Assembly (NCBI GenBank): GCA_002269645.1
Contig: NIVC01001069.1
Location: 62,001 to 126,000, forward strand
DNA length: 64,000 nucleotides
Direction of reading: 5' to 3'
Origin: Macrostomum lignano
Lineage: Eukaryota
The notes beneath the pieces are model-generated. The model was given only the letters and a program-made list of their open reading frames with translations, was not told where the DNA came from and ran no database searches. A program made the translations under genes and the position numbers. Positions 54,145 to 64,000 of this stretch are shown piece by piece (the stretch's first letter is position 1; every line of letters begins with the position of its first letter).

Positions 54145-57100
54145 TTTTGTTGTTGTTGTTGTTGCTTTTGTTGTTCTTGAATGCGGTGAGCCTCTCCTAA
54201 AGGGGACACCAACCGATGGCCCCTAGGAGAAGCGCCACAGCGTCTGAGCGAGCGAGTTGACACATTTCGGTAATGCCGTGAGTACGGCGTTGGACGTCCA
54301 GGGCCGGGCAGTTGAGGAGGTGGTACTGATCAACCTCTTCCGCGCAGAGACGGCAGTTGCCCCCGACCTCAATGCTAATGCGGTTGCGGTAGTAGGTCGA
54401 TGCAGGACAGTGCCCGGCGCGGACCTGCGAGACCAGGACCTGTTGTCTGTGCGGGCTCTCATGCATCGTAATCTTTTGGCCATAGACCTCAAACAGGTGG
54501 CCTGTCATGTTGGGCGAGTAGTTAACAGCCCGTCGGATGCGGGCCCTCGCCGAATCTAGGGTGATGCCGACATGTTCCTGAGGCAGCGTGGCCGCTAGTT
54601 TGGCCTCGGCATCCACAAGTTCGTTTCCGGGGATTCCGGCGTGCCCGGGCACCCACTGCAGGATGATCTTCGAACGACGGGCGGCGGTGATAAGGCATTC
54701 CTTAACGCTCTCCACGAGCGGGTTAGTGGATGGACGATCGGATTTTAGAACCGCGATGGCGCTTTGGTTGTCGGTGAGAATGGCAGCCTCTTTCGGGGGG
54801 TTGGCAGTGATGTCGCTTAGTGCCTGGAAGATGGCGATGAGTTCAGCCTCAAAGGAGCTGCACCAGCGGCCCGCGGCCACTCGCCCGCTCCGGCTGATGG
54901 AGCCGTCCTGGCTCAAGAGAATCCAGGCCGCGCCTCCGTTTTTAACGCCACCAGAGACGGATCCGTCGGTAAAGTAAGTGGCGGCGTTTGGGCAGCGCGC
55001 GGTCGTGGTGGCTTGGACCACCTGGACGGCGACGGTTTCAAGTGGCTCAGACAGCAGCTTAGTGAACATGCGCACTCCGGCGTCGGCTAACGAGTTCCAG
55101 GGTGGGAGCCGGATGTGGCTGTTAGCAAGGCGGTGTCCGCCAAGGAGCTCATCGGTGATGCGTCTAGCTTGTTCGCGGAGGCCGCGGTTGGCAGAAAGCC
55201 GGGTGTCCTGGCGGCGCTCGCAAAGCTGCCGGAAGGGGTCGTCGGGGGGTCTGCGGAGCGCCTTCTCAACCGCAAGTAGCGATCTTCGGCGGGCTTCGAG
55301 GCTGATGGGAAGGATTCCCGACTCAAAGTAGATGGCCTCTACCGGTGTCGAGCGAGGTAGACCAGTGACAACCCGGAGGGCCTCGCGCTGGGCACGGTCG
55401 ATGGCGTTGAGACGGGTCGCAGATAGCCAGGGCGTCCAAGCCGCGGCGGGGTGCCACACGACGGATTCCACAAGAGCCCGGTAGACTCGCAGCAGTAGCT
55501 TGCGATCCCAGCCCCATTCACGGTGGGCTAGGGCACGGAGAATGGCAGCTCGGCGAAACATTTTCTCCTTGAAGGAATCAGTTTGCTTTTCGAATAGCAG
55601 ACCTTGGTCAATCCAGATTCCCAGAAACTTAATCTCTGCTTGAAAGGAATCTGTTGGCCCCGGAGGGTAAGGCCGGGGTTTCGTTGACGGTCAGATCTGT
55701 CACGAGAGAAGAGGCATGCCTCGGTTTTTGAGGGGTTGATGTCGATGCGCAGTTGAGCGGCTCATTCCTCGACAAGTTGCAGGGCGGATCGGAGGCGAGC
55801 CTGGATTTCCGGGAGGTTCCGGCCCGTGCTCCAGAGGGCAAGGTTGTCTGCATAGCCACTGTAGTCGACGAGGGGCATGGTGTGGCCGGACCACTTGTTA
55901 ACATAGAGGAGGAAAAGGGCAGGCGAGCTGACGGCGCCCTGGGGGACGCCTTCCCTCAGTCTGCGCCATTTCCCAAGCGAGGAGCCGATCCGCACAGCGA
56001 TCTGCCTGCCTTCTAGAAAGCTGGTGAACCAACGCACCATACAGGCAGGGACGCCTTCATCCATCATGCGACCAATAAGGCGAGCGCGCCAAACACGGTC
56101 GAAAGCGCGAGAGCAGTCGATGATGACGGCCACGGTTTTCAGGTGCGGGCGTTTCTCCCAGCCATCTTGAATAGACTGAACGAGGCGGGCTATTTGCTCT
56201 TCACAGCCGCGACTGCGTTGAAAACCGGCCTGCCAGGGCTGAATGATGTTGTGAAGCTCGAGCCAGCGATAGAGGCGATCGAGGATAAGCCGTTCGAGGA
56301 TCTTCCCGCAGGCGGTGGTGAGGCTGACAGGCCTGTAACTACCGCGGTCTTTGGGGTCCTTTCCGTCTTTTAGCAGAGGACGATAACGGCCTTTTTCCAG
56401 ACTCCAGGGCAGTGTCCGGTACGCCAGCAACGATTGAAGACGGCCAGCCAGGCCGTCATCCAAGAGTCCGGCAGGTGGATGAAGAAGGCAGCTTCGATTT
56501 CGTCGGGACCGCATTTTTTGCTGGGGTCAAGTTTGCCAATGGCCCGTTCCAGCTCACCAGGGGTGAAGTCACGGCAGTAAAGGTCGTCGTCGGTGGAGTA
56601 TTGGGCCAGGCGACGGAATGTGGCCACTTTGACCTTGCGGTCTGCCGCCGAGTGTTTCAGAGTGCTGATGTTTTGGTAATAGCGGCCAAAGGCGTTGGCC
56701 TTCTTCTTGTCGGTGCGCAGTTCTCGACCGTCAACAATGAGAGATTCGTTGGGAGGAGCTTGTTGCTTGCCGTTGCTGAGGCACTTATTGGTCCTCCAGA
56801 CTTGTTTTGGGTCGGCAGAGTCGGACATTTTGTTGATATACTCCTTCCAGAATTCGGCTTTCTTAATGGCACAGAGTTTGGACAGTTCGTGACTTTTTTC
56901 GAGCCACTCGCCAGGATGGGCGCCAGATTCCCTAAGCCGGTTCCGAGTTTTTGGCAAAGACTTTTTTGAGCGGGATAGCAGCTTTGGCTGCTTTAAGCAT
57001 GCCCGAGCAGAGCCTGGCAATCTGTTTCTTGATGGAGCCGTCATTGAGGCGGACGGCGTCCTCGGAGAGCAGGGTCTGGTAAGCGGTCCAGTCCGCTTTC

Positions 57101-58707
57101 TTCCAAGACCAACTGAAACGAGGCGCAGTGCTCAAGGTTTCGCGGGATTCCCGGACGGTCACCAGGATGGGTTGGTGATCGGAGCCGAGCTCGGTGAGCG
57201 GTTGCCATTTACAGAGGTCGGCGACAGATTGCCTAGCGATGGTGAGATCGGGGGCACTAGTCCGTCCGGTGCGCCTGTCAACGCAGGTGTGTTCCCCTGA
57301 GTTCAGGATGCGGTAGTCCACGGAGTTGCACCAGTCGACAAGGCACTGAGCTTGTGCTGCACCTTCAGGTCCTTGATTGGGATCGCTGCCCCAGGCAGTG
57401 TGTGTGGTGTGTTCTGAGCGGAAAACCGCTCACCGAGCTCGGCTCCGATCACCAACCCATCCTGCTAGGTCACCAAGCAGGATTTCCCTGTGAAAGCATC
57501 TGAGCCAGGAATCGACACTGGGGTGCTCACGGTGATCTTCGCCTTCCACGCGCCGGATGGGGGCGGTAAATGTTGGAGATGACAAGTTTTTGTCTGGCCG
57601 AGGTGCTGATCGATATTCTGCAGCCTTCGGTGGTTCCTCCAGACCATCCTTGGAGTTTATTGAACGGGATGCCTTGCCGGATAAAGAAGAGCAGGCCGCC
57701 GCCTTTTACGTTCGGGTCGCAGCGGGCGGTTCTACGGTCCTTGCCAATGTGCTGAAACCCGGGATGCGGGGGGTTTTGTTGAAGGAGGTGAGCTTCGACT
57801 CTTGAACCGCAATAACGTCGGCCTGAAGCCGAGATGCGAGGTCCTCAAGCTCCCCCATTTTGTTGCTGATCCCGTCCGCGTTCCATTGAATGATTTTGAG
57901 CTCGGGTTTCTTGCAGTCCCACCCCTCTTCCGGGTGGCTCCCCCCAGCAGGAGTGGGGTCAGGGTCCTCAGGGGAGGGCGGGCCTTGGAGGCAGGCGGCT
58001 TCAGTGCAATGACCGCATCTCCAAAGCCCGCGACTGATTTCTTTTTTGATCTGGTCGCGCGAGGCTTGCGTGCAGGCGTTGTGGAAGAAGCCTTCACAGG
58101 CATTGCAGCAGGCGATGGCGGAGCTGATGCGCATCGGTTTCCGACAATGATTGCATTTAGGTTTCTCTTGCCGGATACGGTTGAGCAGGGCTTGCCTGCG
58201 GGTGGCGTGCTCTTCCGTGGGCTGGCAGGTAGAGGTGGACGATTGGTCAGAGGACGACAAGTCTGTCTGGGTGGTGGGTCTGATCACGCAATTGGCGCAG
58301 TGCCATTCCTGGGCGTCCGCGGCCTTGTTCGCGGCCCAGCGACTCAACCCGGAGCAGTCCTTCTGCAGATGGAAGCGGCTGTTACATCTCGCACAGGTGA
58401 GGAACTTGCCGCGCAGAGGGCGGCCGCAGCTGACGTATCCGCAGCTGTTGGCAGGCCCCGGGTTGGTCTCCACATCGCCGGCCCTGAGCAACAGAAGAGC
58501 GGGGAGGTAGCGGGCCGGATACTTGGCTCCCCCGGTGTTAAAACCGATACGGGCTCCTCTTCCAGTACAATCACGCTCGCTGGACGCAGTGTCCGGATTA
58601 TGGCGCTCTTCGTACTCCCCCATTGGGCGTGTTTCCCCTCCGCGACGAAAACGCGACGCCAAGTAGGAGCTACAACAAGGTTTAGACCGAACGTAGAGTC
58701 CGGTGGG
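54145..58707 (-). mobile_element. Near-full-length Ingi-like non-LTR retrotransposon: 2A - PHD - PHD - APE - RT - RNase H - CCHC, disrupted
   Basis: LLLLRAGDVETNPGP; two C4HC3 fingers; APE IIQWNADGI/VIAVQESKL/SDHQPI; RT YRPVSLT, QAGFQRSR, GVPQGAVSSP, YADN (catalytic D to N); RNase H FTDGS/EAEL/TDNQS/WVPGHAGIPGNELVD; CAA tail; several frameshifts. Confidence 0.9.
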
Positions 58708-58767
58708 TGTTGCTGTTGTTGTTGTTGTTGTTGCTGTTGTTGCTGTTGTTGTTGTTGTTGTTGTTAC

Positions 58768-58810
<43 letters not shown>

Positions 58811-58872
58811 GCTGTTGTTGTTGTTATTGCTGTTGTTGTTGTTGTTGCTGTTGTTGTTGTTGTTGCTGTTGT
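58708..58872. repeat. Imperfect (TGT/CAA)n microsatellite
   Basis: About 55 triplets with TGC/TAC interruptions. Confidence 0.97.
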
Positions 58873-59587
58873 ACCTGTAACAACTCTGGAATGACTCTGG
58901 AGCGTAGAAGTGAGTCTGGGGCAACTCTTGGCCTTGATAACGTTTTAATCGCAAATTTTTAGTAGGCTGAATACATGTATGATATCTGCTTATCGTCAAA
59001 CAATAGATGTAGGCAAAAGGCATTCCTATACAATTCTTTCAAGTTATGATGAAGGTGAGGGCTGCTTGGTTATTTAGTGCAAAAAATCGAGCCTTCAATT
59101 CGGCCTTATTACTTAGTTTAGTAAGTAGTATTCGTAAATTATATTTTACTGACAGATTTCTCTAGGTGCACCTGGACTGGGCCAACCAGAGTGCCGTGAA
59201 TCACAAGTTGGACACCTTCGATCGTGTCTGTCTATGGCGGCCTCACCGTCAAGCAAATGATCTTTGAATTCACAGAGAGCACCCTGGGAGGTGGCGTTAG
59301 CAACTGCCTTGTTAGTAACCGTGGCCGGTCGATGTCTGAAAGAGACACTCACTAAAATAGTGAATGAACTAATTGAATAAGTCAATACAAATGAATAATT
59401 AGCTTTAGCTCAGTTTGAATGGTGCAATGTCCCAATTTTGAGACGTTTCTGGATGAAAAACATAGCTTTCTTGGCTATTGCGACTTTCGCCTTTTTTTTC
59501 TTAAACCATGCACCACTGTGAATGTGCCACTAATTGATAAGGGATAGATAGAATATAACAGCCATGATGGGATAGCATGGATAAAAC

Positions 59588-59972
59588 AGTCACAGAACAG
59601 GAAGAGAGTGACAGAGAACAGGAAGGGGGTGACAGAGAACAGGAAGGGAGTGACAAAGAACAGGAACAGGAAGGGAGTGACAGAGAACAGGAAGGGAGTG
59701 ACAGAGAACAGAAAGGGAGTGACAGAGAACAGAAAGGGAGTGACAGAGAACAGAAAGGGAGTGACAGAGAACAGAAAGGGAGTGACAGAGAACAGGAAGG
59801 AGTGACAGAGAACAGGAAGAGAGAGACAGAGAACAGGAAGGGAGTGACAGAGAACAGAAAGGGAGTGACAGAGAACAGGAAGGGAGTGACAGAGAACAGG
59901 AAGGGAGTGACAGAGAACAGGAAGAGAGTGACAGAGAACAGGAAGGGAGTGACAGAGAACAGAAAGGGAGTG
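59588..59972. repeat. 21-nt minisatellite (GGAGTGACAGAGAACAGRAAG)n
   Basis: About 18 tandem units. Confidence 0.95.
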
Positions 59973-60329
59973 AAAACGTGTGTCACATCTGTCGCTAAAC
60001 AGAGATTGTCACAGATGTGTCACAGTGGCAGCACTAATTTTCCTGTTTATTAACTAAGCAGACTTTGCAAAAGCAACAAAGTTATTTTCTCTAACTAGCA
60101 GAGGTAGCCCAGCAGAGTGACGCATTGATGGAATAAAATGGGATTTTTTGTGCCTTGCATTTGTCTGCCGAAATCCTGATTGCTTTTGACAAAAGAAAAA
60201 TTGTTTGGCTCTCCGCACCTGCACCTGAATAATTACACTGAATACGGTAATTGCTGTTATGCTACTCCGCTTGGGATGCCTGCACGATGGGGAGAAATTG
60301 TTGCTGCGCGTGGCGAAGGAAAATAGAGA

Positions 60330-60845
60330 CTGGTAGTTTTTGAGAAATTGTGCAACTCTGCTTCTGGTAGTTCTGAGGGGAATTGTGCAACTCTGCTTCT
60401 GGTATTTCTGAGGGGAATTCTGCAACTCTGCTTCTGGTAGTTCTGAGGGGAATTGTGCAGCTGTGCTTCTGGTAGTTCTGAGGGAAATTGGGCAACTCTG
60501 CTTCTGGTAGTTCTGAGGGGAATTGTGCAACTCTGCTTCTGGTAGTTCTGAGGGGAATTGTGCAGCTGTGCTTCTGGTAGTTCTGAGGGGAATTGTGCAA
60601 CTCTGCTTCTGGTAGTTCTGAAAGGAATTGTGCAACTCTGCTTCTGGTAGTTCTGAGGGGAATTGTGCAACTCTGCTTCTGGTAGTTCTGAAAGGAATTG
60701 TGCAACTCTACTTCTGGTAGTTCTGAGGGGAATGGTGCAACTCTACTTCTGGTAGTTCTGAGGGGAATTGTGCAATTCTGCTTCTGGTAGTTCTGAGGAG
60801 AATTGTGCAACTCTGCTTCTGGTAGTTCTGAGGGGAATTGTGCAC
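60330..60845. repeat. 35-nt minisatellite (AATTGTGCAACTCTGCTTCTGGTAGTTCTGAGGGG)n
   Basis: About 14 units, interrupted at 60846 by a LINE tail. Confidence 0.95.
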
Positions 60846-63800
60846 TTGACTTACTTGACTTAGCTGCAGGGCGGTCCGAAGACGCAGCGGGGAGGCGAGC
60901 GTCGCCCATTCCGCTAATCCCTGAAAGACCCGCATAGGCTAGGGCGCGGGGCCGGTCAGGGAGGTCTGCCGGTCCTGTCTGCAGCGTTGTCTTCGGTGGG
61001 GAAGACGGAGGCTCGCTTGGTGGCCCGGAGGAACCGGATGAGCCGTGGGATGTTCTCGGGCCGGCAAACGTCGTCCAGGGACGGGTTGGGCCCGAGGTGG
61101 TTGAGCCGGTCTCGGTTGAAGGCCGGGCAGTAGCAGACGAAGTGCTTGGCGTCTTCGTTCTCGAGGTTGCAGAAAGGGCAGAGTTCGCTCCGGCGGGCAC
61201 TTCGGAGCAAACAGTGCCTGGCAAAGCAACCGAGACCTGTGAAGGTCATAGTGAGAGCGCGGATATCTTTTCGATTTTGGTTCAAAAGGATTCTCCGCAG
61301 CTTGAGGGACGGATTGGGCACTGCCGCACGGGATTGGCGGCAGTTGGAGATACCATCCCATCTGCGCAAGTGCAGGATGTCCGCCCAGTCGTTAATCTGA
61401 CGATTAATGACAGTGGCGGGGATGGGGGCCAGGGGCACGGGGCCAAGGGGCGAGCGGGAACAGCCTGCCTTAGCGAGGGAGTCGGCGAGTTCGTTACCTT
61501 TGAAGCCGGCGTGTCCTGGGATCCACGTACCAGACGGTGTTCCTCCGAGCCAGCTTGTTGAGCTGCCCGATACAGTCGCGGACTGTTCGGGAGTTCGTAG
61601 TGGTGTGACACAAGGCCTGCAAAGCGGCCTGACTGTCAGAGTGGAAGAAGATTCTTCTGTCCTTGAAGTCCCTGCAGTGGAGCTCAGCTGCACAGGAGCT
61701 GATGGCAAGGACTTCGTTTTGGAAGACGCTGGAGAGTCTGCCAGTGTGTTGGGCGTGAGTAGCGATCACGCGGCCGTTGATAAAGATACAGACTTCAAAG
61801 CCGGATAAACCGTCTTTGGAGGATCCGTCAGTAAAGCAGTGAACCTCCTGAGGGGCCCAGCTGTCGTTGGCGTTCTCCCTAGAGGGGATAGTGACCTTGA
61901 AGCGTTGGTAGAGATTGAGGGAGCGCGGCTCAGCGTCCGAAAGGACAGCCGCATTCCCACTCTCCTCCAGAACTTTAAGGCTCAGGTCAGAGTGCGGCAG
62001 GAGCTTGCGCTTCGCCATCGCTCTTTGTGGCTTGAAGCTAACGCCAGCCTCGATGAGCCGGCGGGTGGTTTTAGCAGCCTCGCGACGGACAAAGATGTCC
62101 AGAGGCGGGAGGCAAAGAAAGGCGTTGAGGCCGTTATAGGGAGCAGAGAGCGGGGCATTCAGGATCATGCGGCACGCGCGTCCCTGCACCTTTTTGAGGG
62201 CTTCGTGGCAGGTTTTAATCTGCAAGGCGCAGGTCCAGACCAGGCCGGCGTAAGTGACGGCCGGTCGGACCATTGCGGTATAGATCCACCAGAGCCGTTT
62301 CGGGGTGAGGCCCCAGGTGGTGCCTACGGCTCTGCGGAGCTGCGCAAGAATCGCGAGGGATTTTTTGGTTTTGGCCTGGACGTGAGTGGACCAGCTCAGC
62401 CGGTGGTCCAGCGTAACGCCGAGACACTTGGTTTGCTTGCAGGATGGGATTTCCACCCCGTAAAGCTTTAGTGGGCGAATACGCCAGTTAACCCTGCTGG
62501 TGAACATGATCGCGACAGTTTTGGTCTCAGAGAGCCTGAGGCCGCACCTGTCCGCCCATTGTTCAGCAGAGCGAATAAAGTTTTGCGGGCTTGGGGACGG
62601 CCGGGCTTGGGGATAAAAACCACCTTGGCCTCGGTCCAGGGTTTCGGAACAAAGCCGAGAGCAATGCAAGCTTTCAGAAGCCGGCAAAGGTTCCGCAGGA
62701 AACCGGTGCATTTCACCGCCTCCCGCAGGAAGGCTGGCACAACGCCGTCCGGTCCTGGGGATTTGAAGGGTTTGAAGGAGGAGACTGCTTTAGTAACGCG
62801 GTCCTCCGTGATGATTGAGTCAGCCAGTACGTGTCCGCCCACTGAGTGATCAGGGGGGTCGGGCCTGGCTGGTTCGTTCGGGAAAAACGCTGTTAGCATC
62901 GCTTCCAGTGTTTCTCCTGGGTTCTCAGTGAGCGAGCCGTCGGCTCTCTTGACTGAAGAGAGTTTGGACATTTTGTCCAGGGTGAGGGCTTTAACGATTC
63001 TGGAGGTGGGGCGGGAGCCCTCAAGTTCCTCACAGTATTCGCGCCACTTGTTGGTTTTGGCGTTCCTAACCTGCCTCTTGAACTCGTGGATAGAGTTCAG
63101 GTAGGCGGTTTGGTCGGCCGGGTTTTTAGTTTTTTGGGCCCTGCGGTGAAGCCTTTTGGCTCTGCGACGGAGGTCGCCAAGCTGCGGGTTCCACCATGGG
63201 GCCGACTGTTTGCCTTTATATGCCTTTAGTGGGCATGAGGCTTCGAAGGCAGCAGTGAGCGAGTCCGTAAGTGCGGCCGCAAAATCATCTGCTTCCTCGC
63301 AGGTGTTGATGGAGACTGGAGCGCTAGTGCAACGATGGGTCTCCTCTAGGGCAAGCCTGAAGGCGGTCCAGTCGGTATTCCTAGCATTCCGTTTCCAGTA
63401 AAGCTGGCCTGCGTTTCGAGCGCTGGCCAGCGTGAAAGAGATGAACTTGTGATCGGAGAGGGACGCCTCAGGAAGCACCCGCCACTCCCTAGTGCTCTGG
63501 AAGAGCCTGGGCGTGGCGAGGGTGGCATCCAGCACCTCCGATCGGCGTCCGTTATTGAAGGTAGGGGTACTACCCGAGTTACAGAACTCAAGGGTTGTAG
63601 TAGCAATATAAGCCAGGAAGTCTTCACCTCTCTGGTTAATATCAGAACTGCCCCAGTGGGTATGGTGGGCGTTGAAATCGCCTGCCACAAGCAGCTCATA
63701 ATTTCTGGTGGAGCAGAGCTCGACCAATGTGACAAGCTCCCCTGGGATCATCTCGCCGTCGCCCGGTAGGTAAACCGAGGCGATGAGGGTAGTCCTCCCA

Positions 63801-64000
63801 GGGAGTATGTCTTCAGATTGGATGACGCAGATGTCCCTGGTGGACAGGTCCGATCTGAGCCATGCGTTAATAGAACTGGACACCATGATGCAGGATCTTG
63901 GTGTCAGGTTTCCCTCCCGGGTGCCAGCGGTTAAACACTGGTAGCCGGTGGGGACATGTTGGGGCCTGCCCCTTAGCGTCCAAGGTTCCTGGATAAGGAT
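60846..64000 (-). mobile_element. LOA/R1-group non-LTR retrotransposon (APE, RT remnant, RNase H, CCHC), RT core deleted, 5' end beyond window
   Basis: APE LIASVYLP/AGDFNAHHTHWGS/SDHKFI; KSPGPDG; thumb CLGVTLDHRLSW; RNase H CFTDGS, HSDSQAAL, WIPGHAGFKGNELAD; CPFCNLENEDAKHFVCYC; tail TTGACTTACTTGACTTAG. Clade call is inferred from domain order. Confidence 0.88.

Noticed and set aside
59167-59350. Orphan plus-strand exon (VHLDWANQSAVNHKLDTFDRV...)
   Set aside because: It has an acceptor and coding-like composition but needs a frameshift, and I recognise no family or partner exons.
59501-60670. Long ORFs with periodic peptides (GVTENRK; NYQKQSCTIPLRTT)
   Set aside because: Translations of the 21-nt and 35-nt tandem repeats; no splice or domain support.

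Overview
Eukaryotic, invertebrate-type genomic DNA with GC-rich exons, AT-rich introns and many minisatellites. A flatworm such as Macrostomum is my guess from sequence style and channel substitutions; this is inference only. Bases ~166-41132 (+) hold one 5'-incomplete, multi-exon L-type voltage-gated Ca2+ channel alpha-1 gene (Cav1; CACNA1C/D, egl-19, Ca-alpha1D family). I threaded it by hand through 33 exon positions with consistent splice phases (~2380 aa in-window, EEEE filter, AID, EF-hand, IQ). Unusual gene features: a duplicated, frame-incompatible 107-nt IIIS3 exon pair, a GC-AG intron, a 60-nt exon bracketed by reverse-complementary minisatellite arms, candidate cassette and micro-exons, and three substitutions at dihydropyridine-determinant positions. 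After the gene comes a ~4-kb CpG-depleted block (~43-47 kb). Beyond it is a pile-up of non-LTR retrotransposons, all on the minus strand (~47.9-64 kb): RNase-H-bearing LOA/R1-like fragments, an RTE-like fragment, and a near-full-length Ingi-like element. That element carries a 2A ribosome-skip motif, two PHD fingers, (CAA)n on both flanks and a possible degenerate HDV-like fold at its 5' end. All coordinates and alignments were done by eye; no database search was run.
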